Part shown: in pieces, positions 1 to 9,281 of the stretch | Layout: each line of letters starts with the position of its first letter | Position numbering within the stretch: position 1 is the stretch's first letter | Assembly: GCA_031263295.1 (NCBI GenBank) | Contig: JAISGC010000055.1 | Coordinates: forward strand, 1 to 47,889 | Direction of reading: 5' to 3' | Source of the DNA: Rickettsiales bacterium | GTDB taxonomy: Bacteria > Pseudomonadota > Alphaproteobacteria > Rs-D84 | DNA length: 47,889 bases | The notes under the pieces: generated by a model | The model's input: only the letters and a program-made list of their open reading frames with translations | What the model was told of the DNA's origin: nothing | Databases searched by the model: none | Translations under genes and position numbers: made by a program

Positions 1-1
1 G

Positions 2-769
2 AATATGCTCGGCGCCATCGCCGAGAACGATCGCTTCAAGCGCTCGAACCTGAATCTGTTCGAAATCGGCGTGGTTTTCGACGGCGTCGAGCCCGGGCAA
101 CAGCATAACGAATTGATTATTGCACGCACCGGCGGCGTACCGCCGCTGTCATCATCTGGCGCTGTTCCAGTTGGAAACTTTGGCGCCAATTTGGGAATCA
201 AACACGGCGTTCCTGCGACGATTTATTCCGTGCGCGAAGATTTGCTCGCGCTGTTTCCGGGCGCCGTTGTCGAGAACGATCCGTCGCCCGAAAAATGGGC
301 GCATCCGTTCCGCGCGGGACGCCTGCTCGTTGACGGGAAAGTCGTCGCGGTGTTTGCCGAGCTATCTCCGTTTGTTGCGAAAAAGTTCGGGATAAAAACG
401 AATGTCGAGATTGGGATTGTGCATAACGGCGACGCGCTGCCTGGTGGGGCGAGTTTCGATGAAACTCGCCGTCCGGCGAAGCCGGACAACAAATATTCGC
501 TCGCCGAGTTCCCGATGATAACGCGCGACTTCGCGTTCATAACGGATGCGGCGGCGGACGCTTTGATGGCGGCGGCGCGCGGCGCGGACGCCCGCATTTG
601 CGAGACGAATATCTTCGATGTCTTCGCTATGCCCGACGGCGCGCGCTCGGTCGCGTTGGAGATTGTGATTCAGCCCGATAGCAATTTGTCGGACGCGGAT
701 TTATTGGCGATACAAAACAAAGTTATTGTTGCCGCCGAAGCCCTTGGCGCAAAGTTGAGGGATAAATAA
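2..769 (+). CDS. pheT: phenylalanine--tRNA ligase beta subunit, C-terminal fragment (gene starts left of window)
   Basis: ORF is open at the left edge. The tail ..ITRDFAF..NIFDVF..GARSVALEIVIQP..LSDADL..GAKLRDK fits the C-terminal FDX-ACB pattern of PheT. Stop TAA at 767-769. Confidence 0.8.
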   Translation, partial: NMLGAIAENDRFKRSNLNLFEIGVVFDGVEPGQQHNELIIARTGGVPPLSSSGAVPVGNFGANLGIKHGVPATIYSVREDLLALFPGAVVENDPSPEKWAHPFRAGRLLVDGKVVAVFAELSPFVAKKFGIKTNVEIGIVHNGDALPGGASFDETRRPAKPDNKYSLAEFPMITRDFAFITDAAADALMAAARGADARICETNIFDVFAMPDGARSVALEIVIQPDSNLSDADLLAIQNKVIVAAEALGAKLRDK

Positions 770-775
770 TTTTTT

Positions 776-919
776 AATGAATAAATAATAATGAATAAAG
801 AATAAATACCCCACCCAAGTTTTGCTAGGGCTCGCGTCGCTCGCCAAGCAAAACTTTCCCGCCCCGCTCCGCGGGGCAGGAAGGAGCGCGTTCGCACTCC
901 TCCAATTATTCTTTATTCT
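776..919. repeat. compound palindrome with AATGAAT-type heptad arms enclosing an E1 element
   Basis: aatgaataaataataatgaataaagaataaat (776-807) is complementary to attattctttattc (905-918). The right arm also encodes the last codons (..ENKE*) of the minus-strand gene ending at 906. Confidence 0.6.
809..880 (+). repeat. E1 GC-rich palindromic element, copy 1 (intergenic)
   Basis: ccccacccaag-ttttgc-..ctcgccaa-gcaaaa-ct..cccgcccc-gctccgc-ggggcagg. Same layout as 10860-10932 and the reverse complement of 38117-38189, with compensatory stem changes. Confidence 0.8.
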
Positions 920-2999
920 CGACGCACAACCCCCACGCGGAGTTCGCGCCGACGCGGCTGTCGAACTCGCCGCTTTTCTGAACGCCGTCGTGATCCATCT
1001 GAGCATCGGAATATTCCGCGAGCGTCCGGCTCTTCCATACCGAGCCCAGGTTCTTGCATTCATTCGACAGCTCGCCGTCCATTTTTAATTTGATGTCGTC
1101 CATCAGCATCGACAGAATCTTTTCGACCTCGTTCGGCAAATCCGACGCGTCGGACCGGATGCACACATCGCGAGCCTTGGCGCGCATAACCGCATAGAGC
1201 GAATTGCCGCCGTCCTTCATCCCGGACGCGCCGTCGTCGCCGAGCGCGATCTCCGGATCCTCGCGCAGTCCCGGCCGATAGAACCGGCACTGATACGGGT
1301 ATCCGTGCGCGTTGTCGTTGATGGGACTGCACACAGTTTCGGCATATTGGCGCAAGTATTTGTCGCAGTCGTTCTCCAATTTCATAGTCTGCGTTTCTTT
1401 GACGAAATCGCGCAGCTTCTGCAATCCCGGAGGTCCGCCGCCATAGAGTATCGCGCAGGTTTCGAGTTTCTGGTGGCAGAGTTCCTCGGTCAGACTTATC
1501 TGCTGCGCGCCGACATTTTCCTGGCTGATGTCGTTCGCGAACTGGCGCAATTGATCCAGCTTTTCGTCATAGCAATCCGAGACCGTCGTGACGCATTCGT
1601 TCCTGACCTTGTTCACGGCGTCGAGCTGGCGCTGCGACAAATCGATGAGCGTCTGGCGCAAGTACTCGTCCCAGACATAGTCCGCGACATCGCGGCATTT
1701 GTCGAGCGCGGCCGCCGCCGCGGGCTTCTTGTCGTCGAGCATACTGACATAGGTCGCGTTCGAGTTGTTGCGCAAAGTATCGCCCGAGAGCGAAATCTGT
1801 TTTTCGAGCATATAAAAGTCCGGCGTGTAAATCGGCTCGCCAGTCGCGGCGTTCAGAAACCGGCCCGACGGGTCGACGCATTTGGCGTTGTTCGCGCCGC
1901 AGGCCGCATCGCCAAACATATCGGTCCGCACATTGGTCAGACACTGGTTTATCGCATCCGAATTATGCGCGTCATAGCTTTCCAATCGCGCCGCGGCGAG
2001 CGCGCCCGCCGCATCTTTCGCCGCGGTATTCGCCTCGCGCTGCTTGCCGTCAAGCTGGTCCGCGTATATCTGGCAGTCCTGCTCGATATACATTCCGTAT
2101 GCGCTGACTATCATCTGGAATGTCGCGCCGCCGTGCGCGCAGCCCGACATTTCCGCGCATTGCGCGTGCACCGCGTTATAGAGCGCCGTAGATTCCAGGC
2201 TCGCAATATCGGCGCCGCCAATCATATCGGTGGTCGACCAGATGTTGGTCGCACTGTTCATCCGCGCGCCGGAATCGGCGCTTTTGGTCGACAGAACATC
2301 CGTGATTCCGGTCAGGGCGGCGGCCGATGTCGACTTGTCCTCTTTTAATCCCAGCTCGCCGTCGGCCGCGTTATACATGGACTTGACCTCATTCGGCTTC
2401 ATTCCGACGACCGCAAGATTGTTGTCCTGGAAAGTCTGAATCATTCCGGCCGCGGCCGAGAAATTACGCTCGCGCGTGCGCATTTCTTCAAGCCGCGCCG
2501 AGCAGGTGCAGCGCCTATATTGCTCGTTGCGCAAGGCGCAGAACTGGTCCATACAGGAAAAATACGCATCGCGGCAAATCGCATAGTCCGCGCCGAGCAA
2601 CTCGGGATTGTCGATGATGCCGGTGGTCGCGGCGGCCCGCACCGCCACAGCCCGCTTTGCGGGCGGCGGCGCGGGGTTCGCGGTTCGTGGCTCGTGGTTA
2701 GATTTTATTTTTGTGAGGGCTGCGGCCCGCGCGGTTGCGGCCTTGGTCGCCGGCGCGCGGATGATGGCGCTATTTGTCGCGGCGCGCACGGAGACCGGTT
2801 TCGGCGTCGCATTCTTTATTGTTGCGGCGGCGCGGGCGGAAGTATTTTTAGTCGGAACCGCCGCGGCGCGCGCCTGTATCGTCTGCGTCGCGCGCGGAGT
2901 AGTCGCATTGGCCGCGGCGCGATTGCGCGCGGTCGTCCTGTCCGCGGCAAACAGCGGCGCGGATAAAAGCACCAGCGCAAAGGGCAGAATCTTTTTCAT
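906..2999 (-). CDS. large secreted Cys-rich protein, paralog A (function unknown)
   Basis: ORF 906..3044. Likely start is ATG 2999 (MKKILPFALVLLSAPLFAA signal peptide, TAAGGA upstream, TGGTATAAT just before). Ala/Arg/Thr-rich low-complexity N-region, then CRDAYFSCMDQFCALRNEQYRRCTCS and many conserved Cys. Clear paralog of 44852..47224. Confidence 0.8.
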   Translation of the reverse strand: MKKILPFALVLLSAPLFAADRTTARNRAAANATTPRATQTIQARAAAVPTKNTSARAAATIKNATPKPVSVRAATNSAIIRAPATKAATARAAALTKIKSNHEPRTANPAPPPAKRAVAVRAAATTGIIDNPELLGADYAICRDAYFSCMDQFCALRNEQYRRCTCSARLEEMRTRERNFSAAAGMIQTFQDNNLAVVGMKPNEVKSMYNAADGELGLKEDKSTSAAALTGITDVLSTKSADSGARMNSATNIWSTTDMIGGADIASLESTALYNAVHAQCAEMSGCAHGGATFQMIVSAYGMYIEQDCQIYADQLDGKQREANTAAKDAAGALAAARLESYDAHNSDAINQCLTNVRTDMFGDAACGANNAKCVDPSGRFLNAATGEPIYTPDFYMLEKQISLSGDTLRNNSNATYVSMLDDKKPAAAAALDKCRDVADYVWDEYLRQTLIDLSQRQLDAVNKVRNECVTTVSDCYDEKLDQLRQFANDISQENVGAQQISLTEELCHQKLETCAILYGGGPPGLQKLRDFVKETQTMKLENDCDKYLRQYAETVCSPINDNAHGYPYQCRFYRPGLREDPEIALGDDGASGMKDGGNSLYAVMRAKARDVCIRSDASDLPNEVEKILSMLMDDIKLKMDGELSNECKNLGSVWKSRTLAEYSDAQMDHDGVQKSGEFDSRVGANSAWGLCVENKE

Positions 3000-3065
3000 A
3001 AAATCCTTACCCGGATTATACCATATTTTAGGGGCGGGGGACAAGAGACGAGGGACTAGGAGTTA

Positions 3066-3229
3066 GGGATTATTCCAGAGAGCAATTCCCCTTCGCAGGC
3101 GTTGCGGGTGCCCCGCGTAGCGGGGCGGGGTAGTGGAAATAAAAATTATTTTTACCCCTACCCCGTCCGCCGCTTCGCGGCGGCCAGCCCTTCCCTTTGG
3201 GAAGGGGAATTGCGCTCTGGAATAATCCC
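3066..3229. repeat. compound inverted repeat (ATTATTCCAGAGCGC..TTCCCC family) with nested hairpins
   Basis: gggattattccagagagcaattcccc (3066-3091) pairs with ggggaattgcgctctggaataatccc (3204-3229). Inner palindromes ggggcggggtag../..cccctaccccg. Flanked by AGGGACT-type and CTCAAAC-type heptads. The same arm recurs at 47851-47889 and partly at 19815-19830. Confidence 0.75.
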
Positions 3230-3254
3230 ACTCAAACTCAAACCTGAACTCAAA

Positions 3255-5084
3255 CTAGCCCTTGATTATCTTCTCAATCTCCTCGCGGGTCAGGGTCTCG
3301 CGGGCCAACAGCTCATCGGCAAGGCGCTTCATCTTCGCGCGGTTTTTGACCAACACCGCGCGGGCGCGCTTGTAAGACGCCGCCATCCAGTCCGCGACCT
3401 CGGCATCGACCAATCGCGCCGTATCGTCGGAGGCATTTTCCAAATATCCGCGGCCCCATCCGTCGACCTGATTCACCGAAACCATTCCGACCTTCGGCGA
3501 CAATCCCCATGCGGTTATCGCGCGGCGGGCCAGGCGCGAGGCCTGCGCAATATCGTTCTCGGCGCCGGTCGTGATTTGGTCCGCGCCGAAAAATATTTCT
3601 TCGGCCGCCCGTCCCGCCAGCGAGATTTCGAGATCGGCGCGAATCTCCGCCAGCGTCAGGGACACCTTGTCGTCGACGGGCAAATACTGCACCATACCGA
3701 GCGCGCGGCCGCGCGGCAGAATCGTCGCCTTGTGAATCGGGTCGACCAGACCCGCGTGCGATACGGACAGCATCGCGTGCCCGGCCTCGTGATAGGCAGT
3801 GCGCCGCAAATCCTCGCCGCGCATTTTTTTATCCTTTCGCGGCCCCATCAGAATCTTGTCGCGCGCCTCGTCTATATCGGCGTCATTGACCGCGGTCCGG
3901 CCCGCGCGCGCCGCATTCAGCGCCGCCTCGTTCAATAAATTATTCAGGTCGGCGCCGGAAAATCCGGTCGTGCCGCGCGCCGCCGCATCCAGGGAAACGG
4001 ATTTGTCGAACTTCATTTTCTTCGCATAGAGTTCCAGAATCGCAAGGCGCCCCGCGCGGTCGGGCAGCTCGATATAAACCTGCCGGTCGAAGCGCCCCGG
4101 CCGCAGCAGCGCGGCGTCGAGCATATCGGGTCGGTTCGTCGCCGCGACTATTATCAGATTCGCGTCCGACGAAAAGCCGTCCATTTCAATCAGCAGCTGG
4201 TTCAGCGTCGCCTCCCTGTCGCTGTCGGTGTGGACGCTGCGGCCGCGCGCCGCGCCGATGGCGTCGATTTCGTCAATGAATAAAATCGACGGAGAATGCT
4301 CGCGCGCGATGTCGAAAAAGTCTTTGATTTTCTGAACGCCGAGGCCGACGATTATTCCCGAAAAGTCCGAGCCCGACACCGCATAGAAAGGCACGCCCGC
4401 CTCGCCCGCTATGGCTTTCGCAAGCAATGTTTTGCCCGTGCCGGGCTCGCCCGAAAGCAAGACGCCGCGCGGGACCCGCGCGCCGAGGTCTTTGTATTTT
4501 TTCGGATGTTTCAGAAAGTCGACAACCTCGGAGACTTCCTTTTTGACGGACTCGATGCCCGCGACATCGGCAAACTTGACGCCGGTTTTGCCCGATACGA
4601 TTTTGGTCTTGCTGCCGAACATTCCGCCTATGCCGCCGCCGCGCATCGACCGCATTCCGCGGAACAGCCACCATATGAACAGCACGCTGATGATTGTCGG
4701 AATCCAGTCCGAAAGCGCCGCCCATCCGCGGCTGTCGTCGACCTTGACGACCGCGCCCGACGCGGCGATGCGCTGCAAGAGCGCCGGGTCGGCCGGAACC
4801 TTGGCGACATATTTCGTCCCGTCCGCGAACTCGCCCGACGCGTCCGCGCCGTTCAGCGAAAATGTTTTAAGCTGCTTGGTCTCGCTCGCCGTCATAATTT
4901 CGGAAAATGTTTTTTCGGCCGGCTTCGCCGCCTCGTCTCTGCGCCCGTCGATAATCGAGCGCCCGACCAGGACTATGAATATTATTACGAACAGCGTCAA
5001 GAATCCGTTGCCGCCGCCCTTTCCGGCCGCGCGAACTTTCATATTCGTATCGACCGCGTTTTGTTTCAACTGCGCCTTTGCCAT
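3255..5084 (-). CDS. ftsH: ATP-dependent zinc metalloprotease FtsH
   Basis: Walker A GEPGTGKTLLAKAIAGEAGVPF, AAA second region, HEAGHA zinc motif and an N-terminal TM. Start taken at ATG 5084 (MAKAQLKQ, AAAGGGA upstream) rather than the ORF-track start 5111. Confidence 0.95.
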   Translation of the reverse strand: MAKAQLKQNAVDTNMKVRAAGKGGGNGFLTLFVIIFIVLVGRSIIDGRRDEAAKPAEKTFSEIMTASETKQLKTFSLNGADASGEFADGTKYVAKVPADPALLQRIAASGAVVKVDDSRGWAALSDWIPTIISVLFIWWLFRGMRSMRGGGIGGMFGSKTKIVSGKTGVKFADVAGIESVKKEVSEVVDFLKHPKKYKDLGARVPRGVLLSGEPGTGKTLLAKAIAGEAGVPFYAVSGSDFSGIIVGLGVQKIKDFFDIAREHSPSILFIDEIDAIGAARGRSVHTDSDREATLNQLLIEMDGFSSDANLIIVAATNRPDMLDAALLRPGRFDRQVYIELPDRAGRLAILELYAKKMKFDKSVSLDAAARGTTGFSGADLNNLLNEAALNAARAGRTAVNDADIDEARDKILMGPRKDKKMRGEDLRRTAYHEAGHAMLSVSHAGLVDPIHKATILPRGRALGMVQYLPVDDKVSLTLAEIRADLEISLAGRAAEEIFFGADQITTGAENDIAQASRLARRAITAWGLSPKVGMVSVNQVDGWGRGYLENASDDTARLVDAEVADWMAASYKRARAVLVKNRAKMKRLADELLARETLTREEIEKIIKG

Positions 5085-5182
5085 TATAATCCCTTTATAT
5101 CTGGTCCCCAACCCCTAAAAACTCTTGCATTCCACCCGTTCGCCGTGCTATATGATATGGGAAAACCAAAGGAAAAGTCAAG

Positions 5183-6601
5183 ATGTCATTACAGAAACTC
5201 CGCGACGCCAGCGAAACGGTTTGGGCGAAATTACTGATGGGAATACTGATATTCTCGTTCGTGGGCTGGGGCGCGGCGAACTGGATACTGGGCGAGGCCT
5301 CGGTCGGCGGGGCGTTGCTCCGCGTCGGCGGCGAATCCATATCGGCCGAAGAGTTCGACAGGGAGCGCTCGCGCCAAATCGCGCAGATGGGCAAAGAAAT
5401 GCAGCGCCAAATCTACGCCGATAAAACGACCCAAAAATACTTCACGGGCCAGGTCATATCGAACCTGACGACCCGGCTCTTGTTGGAGCAGCACGCGTCT
5501 AACTTGGGGCTCGCGGTATCGCCGTCGCGGGTCGCGAACATTATAAAGGGTTCGCCGGAGTTCTGGGAAAACGGGGCTTTCTCGACAGACAAGTTCGACG
5601 CCGTCCTGGATATGAACGGCATAACCGAGAAATATTTCGCCGATACTTTGCGCAGGCAGGAACTGCGCGAGATGATTCTGTCGTCCTTGGGGGCCCAGCC
5701 CGCGACGCCGAACTTCGTCGCGACCGCGATTTACAACTCGCGCAACCAAACGCGGAAAATCGAATACTCGGCGATAAAGTTCGACGCGTTCAAGGCCGCG
5801 GGAACGCCGACCGAGGACGACCTGCGCATAGTCTATTCCAAAAATCCGAAGCTGGTGCCCGAGTTCCGCACGATTTCATATGTGATTGTCGGCGCGAAGA
5901 TGGCGAACGCGGAATCGTTCGACCGCGGCTTCGAGTCGGCGCGCAGCATAGAGGATATGCTGGCCGCAGGCGATTCGATACGCGACGCGGCCAAAAAGAT
6001 GCGCGCGAACTATCGCACATTCGACCCTATGACAATCCAAAAGCGCACGACCAGCGGCGCCATGGTCGGCGACTCGCTTCTGACCGAAGAAATGATGCAG
6101 AAATTGTTCTCGATGGAGCAGGGTTTGGAGAGCGAAATAATGGAGGCGAAAAACGGATTCGTGATTTGGCGGGTCGAGAAAATAGACCCGGCGCGCGCGA
6201 CGCCGTTCGGCGAACGCCGCACGGAACTGACCGCTCTGTGGCGCAGGGGCGAGCAGGAAAAGCAGGCCTATGCGAGAGCCAACGAGATTGTGGTCGATGG
6301 GAAAAAACTTGCGGTGTCGGCGACTATCGGACGGGCGGCGGGCGCGCCGCTCGAAGTGCTCGCGGCGGCATTTCAACAAGACCCGGGCCGCGCGAAAATC
6401 ACGGCGGCCGACGGAGTTTTCTATGTCGTGAAAGTCCTGGAAGAAATCCAGCCGAAGCCGAGCGCCGCCAAGATAAAAGAGATAGCGGCCGAGATGCGCT
6501 CACAGGTCTCGCGCCAGATTCTGGACGATTACTCGGGATACTTGTCGCGCAAATATCCCGTCCGCCCGAACGAGAGGATGATGAGAAGGTTGTTTCAGTA
6601 A
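5183..6601 (+). CDS. PpiD-like periplasmic chaperone (SurA N-terminal-domain protein)
   Basis: N-terminus MSLQKLRDASETVWAKLLMGILIFSFVGWG resembles the PpiD membrane anchor and SurA_N region. SD AAGGAAAAG upstream. No clear parvulin motif recognised. Confidence 0.6.
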   Translation: MSLQKLRDASETVWAKLLMGILIFSFVGWGAANWILGEASVGGALLRVGGESISAEEFDRERSRQIAQMGKEMQRQIYADKTTQKYFTGQVISNLTTRLLLEQHASNLGLAVSPSRVANIIKGSPEFWENGAFSTDKFDAVLDMNGITEKYFADTLRRQELREMILSSLGAQPATPNFVATAIYNSRNQTRKIEYSAIKFDAFKAAGTPTEDDLRIVYSKNPKLVPEFRTISYVIVGAKMANAESFDRGFESARSIEDMLAAGDSIRDAAKKMRANYRTFDPMTIQKRTTSGAMVGDSLLTEEMMQKLFSMEQGLESEIMEAKNGFVIWRVEKIDPARATPFGERRTELTALWRRGEQEKQAYARANEIVVDGKKLAVSATIGRAAGAPLEVLAAAFQQDPGRAKITAADGVFYVVKVLEEIQPKPSAAKIKEIAAEMRSQVSRQILDDYSGYLSRKYPVRPNERMMRRLFQ

Positions 6602-6689
6602 GGACTAGGATTAGGACTAGGACTGGAAATCGTTATAGTGTCGCGGCGCAATAACAAGTTCCACCTAGTCCTAATCCTAATCCTAGTCC
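6601..6689. repeat. hexad-arm hairpin element H1 (AGGACT/AGGATT units)
   Basis: aggactaggattaggactaggactgg (6601-6625) pairs with ccacctagtcctaatcctaatcctagtcc (6661-6689). The loop contains gcgcaataacaag. It sits exactly between the ppiD-like stop and the ftsY ATG. Confidence 0.9.
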
Positions 6690-6692
6690 CAA

Positions 6693-7469
6693 ATGAGTTT
6701 TATAAAACGAATCTTCGGCAAGAAAGTCAACGACGATTTGGAAGAAATCCTGATCGCCGCCGACATCGCGCCGGATGCGGCGAAAGAGCTCGCGAAGTCG
6801 GCGGATGAAAAAGACCTGCGCGAAAAATTACTAAAATACGCCCGCCGCCTTGAACCTGATACCAATTCCCTGATACCTGATACCCTTTTAATAGTCGGCG
6901 CGAACGGCGCGGGCAAAACGACGACCATCGGCAAACTGGCCGCGCGATGGGCGGGCGAAAACCGCCGCGTAGTCATAGGCTCGGGCGATACTTTCCGCGC
7001 CGCCGCGACCGAGCAGTTGGACATTTGGGCCGAGCGCGCGGGCGCCGAAGTCATCCACGGAACCGAACCCGCGGCCGTCGCGTATAAAACTTTGGAAACA
7101 GACGCGGATGTGAAAATAATCGACACGGCGGGCCGACTTCATAACCGCCAAGACCTGATGGACGAGCTTGCGAAAATCGTCCGCGTTATGAAAAAGCTGG
7201 ACCCGTCGGCGCCGAGCGATACCTGGCTTGTCTTGGACGGCAGCCACGGCCAGAACGCATTGGCGCAGATAGAGTTCTTCAACCGCGCCGCGCCGCTGAC
7301 GGGACTGATTGCGACGAAGATGGACGGGACGGGGCGCCAGGGATTTTTGATAACATACGCCGCGCGCGAAGCCCATCCTCTGCCCGTCATATTCACGGGC
7401 TGGGGCGAGCGCGCCGAAGACCTCCGCCCCTTTTCTGCCGAAGATTTTGTGAATAGAATATTGGACTAG
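6693..7469 (+). CDS. ftsY: signal recognition particle receptor FtsY (compact, no acidic A domain)
   Basis: GANGAGKTTTIGKLA P-loop, DTAGRLHN, TKMDGT motifs of the SRP GTPase NG domain. Stop TAG 7467-7469 lies inside the repeat arm. Confidence 0.9.
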   Translation: MSFIKRIFGKKVNDDLEEILIAADIAPDAAKELAKSADEKDLREKLLKYARRLEPDTNSLIPDTLLIVGANGAGKTTTIGKLAARWAGENRRVVIGSGDTFRAAATEQLDIWAERAGAEVIHGTEPAAVAYKTLETDADVKIIDTAGRLHNRQDLMDELAKIVRVMKKLDPSAPSDTWLVLDGSHGQNALAQIEFFNRAAPLTGLIATKMDGTGRQGFLITYAAREAHPLPVIFTGWGERAEDLRPFSAEDFVNRILD

Positions 7470-7549
7470 GACTAGGATTAGGACTAGGTGTGACTCGCGA
7501 TTGCGCCACAACGCAATAACAACCTCCACCTAGTCCTAATCCTAGTCCT
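7463..7549. repeat. hexad-arm hairpin element H2
   Basis: ggactaggactaggattaggactaggtg pairs with cacctagtcctaatcctagtcc. Loop carries acgcaataacaac. Lies between convergent ftsY and the CPA2 antiporter gene. Confidence 0.9.
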
Positions 7550-7556
7550 AAAACTC

Positions 7557-9242
7557 TTATGAGTTTTGATAATTATCCTTCCGCATCGCCGATTGGACGC
7601 GGTTGATTTCGCGCTCGGAGATTCCGAGTTCCGACATAACGCCGCGCCCCAGCAAGAACGAAGACTCGATTGTCTCGGGCAATGCGACGCGCGCGCCTTC
7701 GGCCAATAATGTCTTTGATTCGTCCAGGTTCCGGGCGCGCGCGAAAATCCGGACATTCTTGGCGGCGCGAATCGCGGCGCGAACGGTTTTCTTCGCAACC
7801 GCCGCATTGTCGAGCGCGATTATCAGCGCCTTGGCGCCGCGCGGCCGCAGCCCGAAGCCCGCCAGGACATCGCTTCGCGTGGTATCTCCGTAATAGACGG
7901 CGAATCCGCGCTCGCGGCCGGACAATACGCGGTCTATGTTCATATCGATGGCGAGATACGGCACCTTTTCGGCGACCAGCATTTTCGCGATGGTCACTCC
8001 GACGCGCCCGAATCCGCAGATTATGACCGCCGGGCGCGCGGGCATTTCAAGATTGTATTTTTTGGCCTTGGCCGCGGAATATAAACTGCCGCGCCCGCTC
8101 AGCCAGTCGTATAGCAACAGGGCCGCGCCGGAGACAATCATCGACAGCATTATGACGGCGATAAGAATCTCGGCATGCGCGTTCGGAATCGAGTCGAACT
8201 TCGCCGCGCGAAGGGTCTGCAAAACCAACAGGCCGAACTCGCCGCCCTGCGCCAGAATCAGCGCTATGACCAGGGCCGCGCGCGCGCGCACTCCGCGCAT
8301 TCCGGCGACGATGTAAATAATCGCGAACTTCAATGCCACCAGCGCCGCCGCGCCGACCAAAATCAGCATCCAGTGTTCGCCCATCAGCTCCACATCCAAT
8401 CCCATCCCGAGCGTTATGAAAAACATCGCGCCGAATAAAGTCTGATAGGGCGCGATGTCGGCGCGCACCTGATACTGATAGAGGCTTTCCGAGAACAGCA
8501 TTCCCGCGACAAACGCCCCGATTCCGACCGGCAGGCCCAGCGCCGCGAATCCCGCGCCGCAGGCCGCGATGGTCAGCAGCACCGCCAGCAAAAACGCGAC
8601 CGGCGACTTTATGCGCGCCACTATTTTCATAAAGGGATTCATAACTACGCGCGCCAGAATTATGACGCCGATACTCAGCATCAGGGTCATAACCGAAACA
8701 TCGATTATTTCCGCGCCAAAGTTCGGAACCTTGCCCGCGAAAACCGGCATCATCGCCAATAGAGGCACCGCGAGCAGCCCTTGGAACAGCAGAATCGAAA
8801 ATGTCTGGCGCCCAAGCCGCGCGGACAACTCGTTGCGGTCGGCCAAGGATTGCAGATTCGCGGACGACGACGACATGGTCAGAATCAGCGCGATCATAAT
8901 CGCGGGCGACAACGGCCACGGCGTGATGAAATAGAGAACCGGAAACAGCGCGGCCGCAACCGCCAGCACCTCGGCCGCGCCGAGCCCGAAGATATGGCGC
9001 CGCATAGACCACAGGCGCTTGAAGTTCAGTTCGAGCCCGAGCGCGAACCACAAAAACATCATTCCGAGTTCGCTCATATAATCAAGGCCGCTGTTGCCCG
9101 CGCCGCCAAATAAACCGAGGGCGCCCGGCCCGGCGATAATTCCGGCCGCGAAAAACGCCAGCATAGGGTTGAGTTTAATCCGCCGCGCCAAATACGACAG
9201 CCCCAGCGCCAGCCCAAGAAAATACAAAACGGAAAGATTCAT
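7557..9242 (-). CDS. CPA2-family K+/H+ antiporter with C-terminal RCK/TrkA-N domain (KefB/KefC-like)
   Basis: About 12 hydrophobic segments followed by a Rossmann-like VIICGFGRVGVTIAKML domain, as in Kef-type glutathione-gated K+ efflux proteins. Confidence 0.8.
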   Translation of the reverse strand: MNLSVLYFLGLALGLSYLARRIKLNPMLAFFAAGIIAGPGALGLFGGAGNSGLDYMSELGMMFLWFALGLELNFKRLWSMRRHIFGLGAAEVLAVAAALFPVLYFITPWPLSPAIMIALILTMSSSSANLQSLADRNELSARLGRQTFSILLFQGLLAVPLLAMMPVFAGKVPNFGAEIIDVSVMTLMLSIGVIILARVVMNPFMKIVARIKSPVAFLLAVLLTIAACGAGFAALGLPVGIGAFVAGMLFSESLYQYQVRADIAPYQTLFGAMFFITLGMGLDVELMGEHWMLILVGAAALVALKFAIIYIVAGMRGVRARAALVIALILAQGGEFGLLVLQTLRAAKFDSIPNAHAEILIAVIMLSMIVSGAALLLYDWLSGRGSLYSAAKAKKYNLEMPARPAVIICGFGRVGVTIAKMLVAEKVPYLAIDMNIDRVLSGRERGFAVYYGDTTRSDVLAGFGLRPRGAKALIIALDNAAVAKKTVRAAIRAAKNVRIFARARNLDESKTLLAEGARVALPETIESSFLLGRGVMSELGISEREINRVQSAMRKDNYQNS

Positions 9243-9264
9243 GGTTGTTCCTTTTTCTGGCGAT

Positions 9265-9273
9265 ATTATATCA
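9265..9273 (-). promoter_or_regulatory. extended -10 (TGATATAAT) upstream of the antiporter gene
   Basis: Minus strand reads ttatGATATAATatcgccagaaaAAGGAAcaaccATG. No convincing -35; that position falls in the H5 arm. Confidence 0.35.
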
Positions 9274-9281
9274 TAAAAGTT

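Noticed and set aside
1305-2348. Long ORFs antisense to or overlapping real genes. Examples: 1305..2348(+), 3102..3938(+), 4296..5237(+), 8047..9051(-), 9358..10260(-), 36703..37461(-), 45428..46072(+), 46277..46930(+).
   Set aside because: They lie opposite genes with strong motif support (Cys-rich paralogs, ftsH, the antiporter gene, dnaN, slt). They have Arg/Gly/Ala-rich compositions typical of shadow ORFs in G+C-rich DNA and no motifs or SDs.
6601-6689. Treating all hairpin elements as ordinary Rho-independent terminators.
   Set aside because: Most lack a 3' U-tract. Some sit in divergent promoter regions (9282, 35144) or across gene 5' ends (26717, 27536). True terminators with A/T-flanked short GC stems exist separately (12690, 19866, 21980).
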